Positions 36,442-45,749 of a stretch of DNA of 64,000 bases are shown here, one piece after another. The position numbers and the translations under genes are program-made. The stretch covers positions 1 to 64,000 of the forward strand of contig JBBQZX010000021.1 of the NCBI GenBank assembly GCA_038207335.1, in the 5' to 3' direction. Origin of the DNA: Chthoniobacterales bacterium. GTDB taxonomy: Bacteria; Verrucomicrobiota; Verrucomicrobiia; Chthoniobacterales; Chthoniobacteraceae. Below the pieces are notes generated by a model that ran no database searches, had not been told where the DNA came from, and worked only from the letters and a program-made list of their open reading frames with translations. Numbering within the stretch: position 1 is the first letter of the stretch; every line of letters begins with the position of its first letter.

Positions 36442-38289
36442 TCATTTTGAAGATGCGCCCCATTTTTCCAGATGGGCGAGCCACTCTGGCTCGATGGTGC
36501 GGCCGTGTTTGTGTCGGATGATGGCTTGGGAGCGCGTGTCGAGTTCGGGGAAGGCATCGCCGAGGATGCGGATGCCGGTGCAGTCGGCGGCGAGTTTTAT
36601 TGCGACGGACTCGGGAAGGTGCGGGCTCTTTTCCTCGAGCGTGACGCTGAGAGTGACGCCGGTGAGTTTGCGCAGCATCCAGCCGCAGAGGAGCTCGCGC
36701 GACGACATTGCGTGGAGGTGGCGGATGGCGTCGCGCGCGATCCAGCGGCGGAGGAAGAGGGCGTATCGCGCGGCTTGCAGAAATGTCTCGGTGGAGAGTT
36801 TCTGGCCGAGTTCGACGCGCCAGGTTTCGATCTGGCGGGCGAGTTCGCGCTCTTGCAGCCACTCGCCTTCGAGCACCATCGCGTCGGGAAGAAAATCGAG
36901 GTGCGGGCGAGTCTGCGCGACGGATTCGGGCGGCGTAAGTGAGGTGGCGTGCGCGGCGTAAATTTGGAGCGCGGGCTGCGCTTGGATGATCTGGCGCAGC
37001 TCGGATTCGATCCGTTCGCCAGCGGGCCATTCGTGCAGGACACAGGCGAAACCGGCGGCAGCGCTTCGCGGCGCGGCGCTCGGTTTCACGAATTTCTCGA
37101 AGAGCGCCTTGAGCGGCAGGACGGTGCGATCGACGGCGAATTCCGTCTCGATGCGGAGCCGCGCGGCGTCTCCGAATTGGCGGCGCAACTCGGCGGACTG
37201 GACGAGTTTTGCGAGGGCATCGGCGAGCGCGCGCTCGTCGCCGGGCGCGACGAGGAGACCGGTGCGGCCGTCGTCAATTTGCTCCGGGACGCCGGCGATG
37301 CGCGTGGAGACGACGGGCTTCGCGGAGGCCATTGCCTCGAGGATGACGGTTGGAAAGACGTCGCTGGCGCCGTTGCGATCGGCGATGCAGGCGAGGGTGA
37401 AAATGTCGCAGCCGCGGAGCTTCGCGAAGACCTCCTCCTGCGGCAGCGAGCCGAGAAGGCGCACGCGATCGGCAACGCCGGATTTTTCGATCAACGACTG
37501 GAGATCCTGTCTCCACGGGCCTTCGCCGACGATTTCACACTCGAAAGCGAGGCAGCGCTTTTTCAAATCCGCGCACGCGGCGATGAGGTGGTGGAAGCCC
37601 TTAAACTCGATCAGCCGACCGGTGCTGACGATGCGCGGCACGGGGTTATTCGACTCGGGGATGGGGCCGCGAAAATTGGCGAGGTCCATGCCGTTGAAGA
37701 CGCGCAGCATTTTCGGCACGGAATCCGGGCAGCGCTCACTGACGAGCTTTTTGCTGAACTCGGTTTCGTTAGCGATGAACTCGGCGTCGCGGCAAATCGC
37801 GCGGAGCAAATCGTCGCTGCCGAGATCGACCATGAAGTCCTGTCCGTGAGTCGAGATGCTGAACGGGATGCCGCTGAGCGCCTTGATGAACATGGCGGTG
37901 TGCGCGGCGCGATTGGCGAAATGAACGTGGAAATGTGTGATGCCGCGCGCGGTGAAAAGGTCAGCAAAGTAGAGGGCGTTTCGGGCGCGGAGAGCGGATT
38001 TATATTCTCCCCCGAAACGCCGGTCGTGCTCAGCGATGAGGTCGGCGGGCCAGCGTCCGTTCCGCTTGGCAGCTTGTTCACCGAGCTTCAGCACCTGCGC
38101 GGGCGGGGCGTAGTGGAGCGGCGCTTTGATCAGCGCGGCGTGGCCGTGGCGGAAGGAAGTGGGCGGCGGATAAATCGAGTAGAGCTCGAGCTCCACGCCG
38201 AGCTTTTCGAGCGCGAGAATCTCGGTGTCGCAAAAAGTCTGCGACACGACCGGGTATCGTGAAAAAAGGTAGGCGAGCCGCAGTAGCAT
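36442..38289 (-). CDS. Glycosyltransferase family 4 (WcaL-like) with extra C-terminal domain
   Basis: YLFSRYPVVSQTF, HFHVHF, GRLIEFKG, DVFPTVILEAMA. Confidence 0.9.
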   Translation of the reverse strand: MLLRLAYLFSRYPVVSQTFCDTEILALEKLGVELELYSIYPPPTSFRHGHAALIKAPLHYAPPAQVLKLGEQAAKRNGRWPADLIAEHDRRFGGEYKSALRARNALYFADLFTARGITHFHVHFANRAAHTAMFIKALSGIPFSISTHGQDFMVDLGSDDLLRAICRDAEFIANETEFSKKLVSERCPDSVPKMLRVFNGMDLANFRGPIPESNNPVPRIVSTGRLIEFKGFHHLIAACADLKKRCLAFECEIVGEGPWRQDLQSLIEKSGVADRVRLLGSLPQEEVFAKLRGCDIFTLACIADRNGASDVFPTVILEAMASAKPVVSTRIAGVPEQIDDGRTGLLVAPGDERALADALAKLVQSAELRRQFGDAARLRIETEFAVDRTVLPLKALFEKFVKPSAAPRSAAAGFACVLHEWPAGERIESELRQIIQAQPALQIYAAHATSLTPPESVAQTRPHLDFLPDAMVLEGEWLQERELARQIETWRVELGQKLSTETFLQAARYALFLRRWIARDAIRHLHAMSSRELLCGWMLRKLTGVTLSVTLEEKSPHLPESVAIKLAADCTGIRILGDAFPELDTRSQAIIRHKHGRTIEPEWLAHLEKWGASSK

Positions 38290-38417
38290 CGAAGGATTTG
38301 TAGCGATGAGTGTCCACGAATGGCGGAAGATGTGGGCAGCGACAAATCTGAAATTGCGCACGGTGCGACCCTTCGTGATGGGCACGGGGGCCCGGATGAG
38401 TGAGATTTTACCTGCAA

Positions 38418-38885
38418 ATGGAAACGACCACCGCTCCCGAAACGCCGACAATTGAAACTGAAATGCAGGTGATGTTTTTCGACACGGATTGCGCCGGGGT
38501 CGTGCACAATATTTCGTATCTGCGCTTCGTGGAAATCGCGCGCACGCTGCTCGCGGAGAAGCTCGGGATGGGCCTCGCGGACATGGCGCGAACGGGGCTT
38601 TATCCGGTCGTGGCGCGAACGGAAATCGACTACAAAAAGCCGGCGATGCTCGGAGACCGGCTGGTGGTGCATGGGCGGCTCGAAAGCGTGGATCGGTCGC
38701 GGTTTTGGTGCGCCTTCGAGGTGCGGAGACCGGCGGATGCGACACTGATCGCGACGTCGCGGCAGATGCTGGCTCTGGTGCAAATGCCGGGGCCTCGGCT
38801 GATGCGGCTGCCGGCGGATTGGGCGACGCGATTCGCGCATCTCGTGCCGGTGCGGCGTCCGGTGCCGGTGGCGGAGAACCGGTGA
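38418..38885 (+). CDS. Acyl-CoA thioesterase (YbgC/4HBT hotdog fold)
   Basis: FFDTDCAGVVHNISYLRFVE and IDYKKPAMLGD. Confidence 0.9.
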   Translation: METTTAPETPTIETEMQVMFFDTDCAGVVHNISYLRFVEIARTLLAEKLGMGLADMARTGLYPVVARTEIDYKKPAMLGDRLVVHGRLESVDRSRFWCAFEVRRPADATLIATSRQMLALVQMPGPRLMRLPADWATRFAHLVPVRRPVPVAENR

Positions 38886-38992
38886 CTTTTGAGCAGAGCG
38901 GAGCGGTGTTCAAATTATCAATTGCAAAAAGGTGAGTGCCGGTCGTACCGTCAGTCCTTCACCCTCCACGAAATTTTAAGAAGCAACGTGTC

Positions 38993-39256
38993 ATGATCGA
39001 ACTCGAGGTTTACGCCGCTGGTGTCCGCACTCTGGAGAAAATCCTGGAGTTGGATCACGAATTTGAGGCCGTTCCGGGTCTGCGCTACAAAGTCGATAGC
39101 AATCACGACATCGTCTATTTGGAGTTCGAGGAGCCCACGCTGACAGTCCAGGAGATTCGAAATATTTTCCGGCGCTTGTCGCTGGAGCCGCGGATCGTGG
39201 GGCCGACACCGTCGGAGCTCAATCCGAAGAGCAAGACGCAGCCGCTGCGGATCTGA
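38993..39256 (+). CDS. Small hypothetical protein, possibly HMA-like ferredoxin fold without CxxC
   Basis: Natural amphipathic pattern: G...L...PG..YKVD...IVYLEF...EI..IF. Confidence 0.65.
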   Translation: MIELEVYAAGVRTLEKILELDHEFEAVPGLRYKVDSNHDIVYLEFEEPTLTVQEIRNIFRRLSLEPRIVGPTPSELNPKSKTQPLRI

Positions 39257-39407
39257 AGGAGGGAGAGGGGAGACGCGGGGGCGGAGCCGAGATCGGTGAT
39301 CTCGAAGGCAACCGCGAAATGAAGGCGGGAATTTCCGAGGTCGAGGAGGAAAAATTCGCATGGCGTGGACAAGCGCGGCGGGCGCACCTAGCGTCCCGCG
39401 CCTCGCG

Positions 39408-40190
39408 ATGATTGCACTGCTCGGGCGCTCCGCGCTTTCCCTTTTTCAATACCTCGGCGAGGTGACGATGCTTTGCGTCGAGACGTGCATTTCGATCGTC
39501 GTCGCGCCGATTCGGTGGCGGCTTTTTTTGCAGCAAATCGTGGAGGTTGGCTTCCGTTCGCAGCTCGTCGTGATCGTCACAGGCGGGTTCACGGGCGCGG
39601 TTTTCGCGGCCCAGACTTATTTCCAATTTCATCGCATCGGGATGGAGTCGGCGGTCGGTGCGGTGGTTGCGGTGTCGATGTTTCGCGAACTCGGGCCGGT
39701 GCTCACGGGGCTCATGGTCGCGGGTCGAGTCGGCGCAGCGATCGCGGCGGAAATCGGGACGATGAAGGTGACCGAGCAGATTGATGCATTGCGCGCGCTC
39801 GCTGTGCATCCGATTGATTATCTCGTTGTGCCGCGTGTGCTGGCGCTTGTCGTCTCGATGCCGATCCTCGTGGCGGAATGTTGCGGTCTCGGAACGGTCG
39901 CGGGGTATCTCGTGGGGACGAAAGTGCTCGGAATTTCCGAGGCGTATTATCTCGACGCGATGATCCGGTTCACTGGGATGCGCGATATCAAAATGGCCCT
40001 GACGAAGGGGTTCTTTTTCGGCGTGCTCGTCGTCTTCATCAGTTGCCATCAGGGTTTGAACGCGAAAGAGGGCGCAGTCGGAGTCGGTCGCGCGCCAACG
40101 GAGGCGGTTGTGATCGGCTCGCTTGCGATTCTCGTCGTGAACTTCGTGCTCTCGTTTGCTCTGAACATTTTCTACCCCGGTGGCGTGTAG
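39408..40190 (+). CDS. mlaE: MlaE family lipid ABC permease
   Basis: RELGPVLTGLMVAGRVGAAIAAEIGTMKVTEQIDAL. Confidence 0.95.
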   Translation: MIALLGRSALSLFQYLGEVTMLCVETCISIVVAPIRWRLFLQQIVEVGFRSQLVVIVTGGFTGAVFAAQTYFQFHRIGMESAVGAVVAVSMFRELGPVLTGLMVAGRVGAAIAAEIGTMKVTEQIDALRALAVHPIDYLVVPRVLALVVSMPILVAECCGLGTVAGYLVGTKVLGISEAYYLDAMIRFTGMRDIKMALTKGFFFGVLVVFISCHQGLNAKEGAVGVGRAPTEAVVIGSLAILVVNFVLSFALNIFYPGGV

Positions 40191-40208
40191 CCCGCGCTTT
40201 TTTCCGCC

Positions 40209-40946
40209 GTGATCACGATTCGCAATTTACACAAAACGCTCGGCAAACAGGAGGTGCTGCGCGGGATCGATCTGGAGGTTCGAAAAGGAGAAACGTGCGT
40301 CGTGATCGGGCGCTCCGGCGGCGGGAAAAGCGTGCTCTTGAAACACTTCGTCGGGCTGCTGCAGCCGACGAGCGGCGAGGTGCTCGTGGATGGGTCGGAC
40401 ATCGCAGGTCTGCCCGAGCGGAAGCTCGGTGCGATCCGCAGGAAGGTCGGCATTTTGTTTCAAAGCGGCGCGCTTTTCGACTCGATGAATGTGGAGGAAA
40501 ACATCGCTTTTCCGCTGCGCGAGGCGGGTCTGAAGAACAAAAAGGAAATCGACGAGCGAGTCTCAGAGGCGCTCGAAATGGTGGATCTCGCGGGGGAGCA
40601 AAAGAAAATGCCGGAGAATCTCAGCGGCGGAATGCGCAAACGAGTAGGCCTCGCACGGACGATTGTGAGCCGGCCCGAGTGCATCCTTTTCGATGAACCG
40701 ACGACTGGCCTCGACCCGATCGCGAGCGACTCGATCAATCACCTGATTCGTCGCTTGCAAAAGCGGCTCAGCGTGACTTCCGTGGTCGTCACGCACGACA
40801 TGAAGACCGCCTACCACACTGCCGATCGGATCGCTTATTTGCACGAGGGGCGCATCTATTTTCTCGGGACGAGCGAGGAGCTGCGCGCGTCGGTGGACCC
40901 GGTCATCCGCGACTTTGTCGAAGGCCGCTCGGGAGACACTGCGTAG
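40209..40946 (+). CDS. mlaF: MlaF family ABC ATPase
   Basis: GRSGGGKS, FQSGALFDS, LSGGMRKR, DEPTTGLDP. Confidence 0.93.
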   Translation: MITIRNLHKTLGKQEVLRGIDLEVRKGETCVVIGRSGGGKSVLLKHFVGLLQPTSGEVLVDGSDIAGLPERKLGAIRRKVGILFQSGALFDSMNVEENIAFPLREAGLKNKKEIDERVSEALEMVDLAGEQKKMPENLSGGMRKRVGLARTIVSRPECILFDEPTTGLDPIASDSINHLIRRLQKRLSVTSVVVTHDMKTAYHTADRIAYLHEGRIYFLGTSEELRASVDPVIRDFVEGRSGDTA

Positions 40947-40949
40947 CCG

Positions 40950-41906
40950 ATGGCGACCGGGCGCAAGCATGTGGAGGTCTATGTCGGCCTCTTTGTCCTG
41001 ATCGGGTTCTGCTTCATCGCGGCGATGGTCGTGACGTTTGGGAAGATGGGGCAGAAGTTCTCGAAATATTACACGCTCACGGTGGAATTCCCGAACGCGG
41101 GCGGGTTGGTGAAAGACTCCGATGTGCTGCTCTCCGGCACGCGGATCGGATATGTCGCGCAGGTGCCGCGGCTGACCGGGCATTCGTATGCGGCGCTGGC
41201 GACGATCAACATCCGCGACGACGTGAAGATCCCGAAGAAATCGACCTTTCTCGTCGGTAGTTCGGGGCTCATGGGCGACCGGTATGTCGATGTGATTCCC
41301 CAGTCGAACTTCGATCCGGCGGACCTCGCGCAGCCGGGCGATGTGATTCTCGGCACGCGCGCTTCCGGGCTGGATGACGTAACGGCCAAAGGTGCGGTGG
41401 TGATGGATCAGCTCAACGCGGAGCTGCTTTCGATTCAAAAAATCACCGAGCGGCTGAACGAGAATTTGCTCGGCGAGAAGAACCTCAAGAATCTTGAGGA
41501 GACGTTCGCGAACTTGAAGACGACGAGCGCGAATTTCAGCGAGGGCTCGCAAAAGCTGACGCCGCTGCTCGCGGACGCGCAAGGCGTGGTGGAGGGGGCA
41601 AAAGGGACGATGAAAACGGTCGATGGGGCGGCGGGCGATTTGCGCGGGGCGATTGCGGAATTCAAGAAAACAGCGGAGACGGCGACGAAAACGATCGACT
41701 CGGCAAAGGGGCTCGTGGAGTCGGGCAAGGGGCTGCTTAAAAAAGCGGGCGAGGGCCAGGGAGCGCTTGGAACGCTGATGTCCGACCGCGAGACGGCCGA
41801 AAACCTGCGAGCGTTTTTGTTCAACCTGCGCCGCTCGGGGCCGATTTTTTACAAAGATCGGGCCGTGCCGACGCCGGTGCCGAGCGAGAGATCTTCGCGC
41901 CGGTAG
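40950..41906 (+). CDS. mlaD: MlaD/MCE family protein with long helical region
   Basis: VGLFVLIG, F.NAGGL...SDV.LSG.RIG.V, GLMGDRYV. Confidence 0.92.
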   Translation: MATGRKHVEVYVGLFVLIGFCFIAAMVVTFGKMGQKFSKYYTLTVEFPNAGGLVKDSDVLLSGTRIGYVAQVPRLTGHSYAALATINIRDDVKIPKKSTFLVGSSGLMGDRYVDVIPQSNFDPADLAQPGDVILGTRASGLDDVTAKGAVVMDQLNAELLSIQKITERLNENLLGEKNLKNLEETFANLKTTSANFSEGSQKLTPLLADAQGVVEGAKGTMKTVDGAAGDLRGAIAEFKKTAETATKTIDSAKGLVESGKGLLKKAGEGQGALGTLMSDRETAENLRAFLFNLRRSGPIFYKDRAVPTPVPSERSSRR

Positions 41907-41954
41907 CGGATCGCGACGCGCGCGGCAGGCTCCGTGCTTGTGCTTGCAGGTGCC

Positions 41955-42950
41955 ATGCACGACTTGCTGACCATCAACCTTTTGCGCGTCCTCTTCGTGA
42001 CGTGCAGCGCGTGCGGTGGGTTCATGGTCGGTGACGCCACGTCTGGCTCGGCGTGGCTCGGTGGCGCTGCGGGGGCGGTATTCGGGCTCGCCGTGGTGCT
42101 TGCAGACCGGCTGATGCAGGGGGTGTCGCTGCGTCTGTTTTCCTCAGCGACTTTCGGTCTGTTGATCGGCTTCGTTTTCGCCCGGCTCCTCATCGCCGCG
42201 AACGTCCTGCGATACACCTCGGGCGGCACGCAGTGGATTGTGAGTTTGCTCGTCTATGCCACGTTTTCCTATCTCGGCATGATGCTGGCCGTGCGGAGTA
42301 ATCGCGACGAATTTGCGCTCATCATTCCGTATGTCCGCTTTCGCCGCGCGAAGGTGCAGGAGGAGCCGCTAATCGTGGATTCCAATGTGATCATCGACGG
42401 GCGGCTGCCGGAGCTGTGCGCGACCGGATTCATCAGCACGTCGCTCATCGTGCCTCGGTTTGTGCTCGAGGAGTTGCAGCATGTCGCCGATTCCGCCGAC
42501 CCGCTGAAGCGCGAGCGCGGACGCCGCGCGCTCGAACATTTGCAGCAGTTGCAGCGCAACTCGGCGCTCGCGGTCACGATCCACGAAACTGGTGCGGACC
42601 CCGACACGGCGGTCGATACGCGGCTCGCGCTGCTCGCGAAACTGCTCGATGCGCGGCTACTCACGAACGACGGAAATCTGTGCTCGATCGCCCGGCTGCA
42701 GGGCGTCGTCGCGCTGAACCTTAACGACGTTACGAAGGCGCTGCGGCCCATTCTGGCACCGGGGCAGGAGCTGGAGATCGCGCTCGTAAAAGACGGGCGC
42801 GAGCCACACCAGGCGGTCGGCTACATGCCGGATGGGACGATGATCGTGGTGAATCACGCGCGCGCCCGCCTCGGCGGCACGGCGACGGTCATCATCTCTG
42901 GAGCGCATCAGACCAGCGCCGGGCGGCTCTTTTTCGCGGAGCTAAAATGA
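41955..42950 (+). CDS. Membrane-anchored PIN/TRAM domain protein (YacL-like)
   Basis: Four TM segments, VDSNVIIDGR, RERGRR, LTND, GYMPDGTMIVV, QTSAGRLFFA. Confidence 0.92.
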   Translation: MHDLLTINLLRVLFVTCSACGGFMVGDATSGSAWLGGAAGAVFGLAVVLADRLMQGVSLRLFSSATFGLLIGFVFARLLIAANVLRYTSGGTQWIVSLLVYATFSYLGMMLAVRSNRDEFALIIPYVRFRRAKVQEEPLIVDSNVIIDGRLPELCATGFISTSLIVPRFVLEELQHVADSADPLKRERGRRALEHLQQLQRNSALAVTIHETGADPDTAVDTRLALLAKLLDARLLTNDGNLCSIARLQGVVALNLNDVTKALRPILAPGQELEIALVKDGREPHQAVGYMPDGTMIVVNHARARLGGTATVIISGAHQTSAGRLFFAELK

Positions 42951-42969
42951 CGCGCCTCTGTATGCTCAA

Positions 42970-42994
42970 TGAGCGGCTTCGGAGAAGCGGCTCA
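42970..42994. terminator. Hairpin between convergent genes
   Basis: TGAGCGGCTTC-GGA-GAAGCGGCTCA, 10/11 paired; no U-tract. Confidence 0.4.
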
Positions 42995-43039
42995 CCGGAG
43001 CTTGAATTGACTTTGTCAGCGAATCGCCGGCTGGATTTT

Positions 43040-43273
43040 TTAGAGTTTCCCCTCGAACTCCACCAGACGCTGTAGCGCCTCTAGGAAATCGCGAAATGCC
43101 TCCGCCGGAAGCATGATCGTGTCGCGGCGACCACCGACATCTTCGGTGATCTTCAAAAAACGACCTCTCTGATTCTCTTTGAGATCGAGAAAGAAAATCT
43201 TCCGCTCAATAGAGACTTTCTCCGACGCGATCGGATCGGAGCCCATTCGCTCCCCTGGATTTTGGTTCATCAT
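43040..43273 (-). CDS. PUR-alpha family ssDNA/RNA-binding protein
   Basis: ERKIFFLDLKENQRGRFLKITE...IMLP...F PUR repeat. Confidence 0.88.
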   Translation of the reverse strand: MMNQNPGERMGSDPIASEKVSIERKIFFLDLKENQRGRFLKITEDVGGRRDTIMLPAEAFRDFLEALQRLVEFEGKL

Positions 43274-43336
43274 ATACAAGATAATACTGACTCTCGGCGA
43301 TTTGAGCCGACTAGGCCCGTGCGCTTGAGGGCATTT

Positions 43337-43364
43337 AAACTAGGCAGAAAAAGGGGACGTGCAA
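43337..43364 (-). promoter_or_regulatory. Putative sigma70 promoter of the PUR gene
   Basis: TTGCAC-16nt-TAGTTT on the minus strand in an AT-rich intergenic region. Confidence 0.4.
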
Positions 43365-43413
43365 TACCGAACGCGCAGATATTTTCATTTTTTCAGAACT
43401 GTAATAAACGTTC

Positions 43414-44385
43414 CTACTTCAACCCGACCGCCGCAGACACCCGCGCCATGGTCTTTTCCGCAATTGCGCCCGCCCGCTCCGCTCCCTGCGCGAGCACGCG
43501 ATCCACATACGTCGCGTCGCTGGCGAGCTGCGCCCGGCGCTCCCGCATCGGCCCGAAAAACTCCCAGATCGCACTGAAGAGCCGCTTCTTGAAATCGCCG
43601 TATCCGACCCCGCCCGCGCGGTAGTCCGCCTCCATCCGCGCGACATCCGGTGCCGTTGCAAATAGCCGATAGAGTGCCACGATCACCGAGCCCGCCGGGT
43701 CCTTCGACGCCTCCACCGGCGTCGAGTCGGTTACGATGCCCATGATCTTTTTCCTGAGCGCTTTTTCCTCCGGGAAAAGCTCGATCGTGTTGTCGTAGCT
43801 CTTGCTCATCTTCCGGCCGTCGAGCCCCGGGATCGTCTCCATCGCAGGCAGAATGCTGGCCTCAGGGATCGTCAAAATTGGGCCGTAGAGCGCGTTCATC
43901 TTTTTTGCGATGTCGCGCGTCACCTCCACGTGCTGCTGCTGGTCGCGTCCGACTGGCACTACGTTGCTGTCGTAGAGCAAAATATCCGCCGCCATGAGCA
44001 CCGGATACGCGAAGAGCCCGTGCGACGGCACCTTTTCCTTCGCGATGTGATCTTTATACGCGTGGCAGTTTTCCAGCATCGGCATCGGCGTCACGCAGCT
44101 TAGCAGCCACGTGAGCTCGGTCACCCGCGGCACGTCGCTCTGGTGGAAAAGCACGGCTTTCTCCGGATCCAGGCCGCACGCGAGAAAGTCCAGCGCCACG
44201 CCGCGCGAAAACTCCCGCAGTGCCGCAGGATCGCGCACCGTCGTCAGCGCGTGATAATCCGCGATGAAATAAAACGCCTCGCCGCGCTCCTGCCATTCGA
44301 TGGCCGGGCGCATCATGCCAAAGTAATTTCCGATGTGCGGCTTCCCGGTCGGTTTGATGCCGGAAAGGATGCGTGGCGTGGGCAT
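43414..44385 (-). CDS. trpS: Tryptophan--tRNA ligase
   Basis: SGIKPTGKPHIGNY, ADYHALT, YPVLMAADIL, VPVGRDQ, KMSKS. Confidence 0.97.
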   Translation of the reverse strand: MPTPRILSGIKPTGKPHIGNYFGMMRPAIEWQERGEAFYFIADYHALTTVRDPAALREFSRGVALDFLACGLDPEKAVLFHQSDVPRVTELTWLLSCVTPMPMLENCHAYKDHIAKEKVPSHGLFAYPVLMAADILLYDSNVVPVGRDQQQHVEVTRDIAKKMNALYGPILTIPEASILPAMETIPGLDGRKMSKSYDNTIELFPEEKALRKKIMGIVTDSTPVEASKDPAGSVIVALYRLFATAPDVARMEADYRAGGVGYGDFKKRLFSAIWEFFGPMRERRAQLASDATYVDRVLAQGAERAGAIAEKTMARVSAAVGLK

Positions 44386-44478
44386 GTTTTTGTGAAAAGG
44401 GCGGGCAACTTCCGCGACCGCGCGCTGCGGTGTCAAGGTGCGCGGTGCGGCCTGGCATCTCGCACCGCACGGCTGAGT

Positions 44479-45527
44479 TTATTTTGCCGGCCGGCGCCAG
44501 ACCCAATCGAGCTGCCTTGTAGTCGAGTGAATCTTCGGGTCGTTGGCGGCGTGGCCGTCCTCGCGATTCATCGCTACAGACCACAGATCGAAGCCGCCCT
44601 CCGGCGTGCGCCGGTAGCGCATAGGTGCGTCGTCCATAAGGTCAGCCGGGATCGCGGCGATGAAGTCCGGCACGAGTTCGTCGAGCTTTTCGGGAAACGC
44701 ACCGCGAGCCCGGCGAAACAGCTCCAGCGCACAGGCAAGCTGCGCCTGCTTTGTGTGCGCTTCGGATTTGTAAAACCTTCCATCGCTGGCATCGAAGCCG
44801 CCCATGAGCATGGCGGCGAAAATTTGGTAGATCGACTCGAACATGTTCCCTCGTCCCAATTTGTGCCCCAGATTCTTGAGGAGAAGGATGACGCTTTGGT
44901 ACGTCTGCAGCCGGATCGATCCTCGCGAGTTCATCGTCGTAGAGTTGGTTCATCAAAACTTGGTTCTGAAACAGCCAGCCACGCGGAGAGGGGCGCAGCA
45001 AAATCTTTCTCCCACTTCACAGGAAAGTTTGCGTGTGGCCGGGTCGTCCCATCTCGGAGCTGTTGCAGGAGAGGTTCATAATGTCCGACTGCGCCCAGCA
45101 CGTCGGTCGCAGCAACCGGTCCCGGAGCGTCGAGCAGCTTGTTCTTCACGAAAAAATCGCGCCAAGCCGCAAGATCGATCCGTTCCGCTTTCGACGGTTC
45201 GCCCATCGTCGGCTGCGTGGCTTTGCTTTCGGGAAATTCGAGCCGCTTGGGTGGCGGCTCGTTTGCTTCGCTCGCGCGGAAGATTTCCTCGAAGATCGGA
45301 ATCGCTGCGAAATTCTCCGCGTCCGGGACGGGCGGAGGGAGGAAATCTTTGAGGTCGAGTTTCACGCCTCGGCGCTCGGCGTCGGTGCGGTAGGCGGCCC
45401 ATGCGCGCTGGCCGCGCCAGTTTTTCTCGGCGTAAAATGCGACGATCAGCGCGATGAAGAGGATGAGCGCGAGCGCAAGGCGCAGAGCCGCTTTGCGAGT
45501 GAAAATGCGGCGAGAAAAGCGGTTCAT
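44479..45527 (-). pseudogene. Disrupted membrane-anchored protein with GspG-like C-terminus (paralog of 62845..64000)
   Basis: Homologous segments lie in three frames (N-term to AAPL; PRGWLFQNQV...; ...ACALELFRRARGAFPEKL), and about 140 aa present in the paralog are missing. Confidence 0.75.
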
Positions 45528-45749
45528 TGGGATACCGTGGGGAGATGAAATTTACCGCGAGGGATCGAGGGAACGAATGTGAGAATGTGCGAAGGAGAGT
45601 AACTGCCTTGGCGTCCGCGCTCGGTCGATGCGGACTTTGCGGCTCGCGGAATCCGCGTCCTGGGAGCGCGGAAGTCCTGACCACTGGCTCGCTCGTCGAT
45701 TTGATATAATCTACAGCTCTCGCGATTCCGTAAAATCACCGCTACACCG

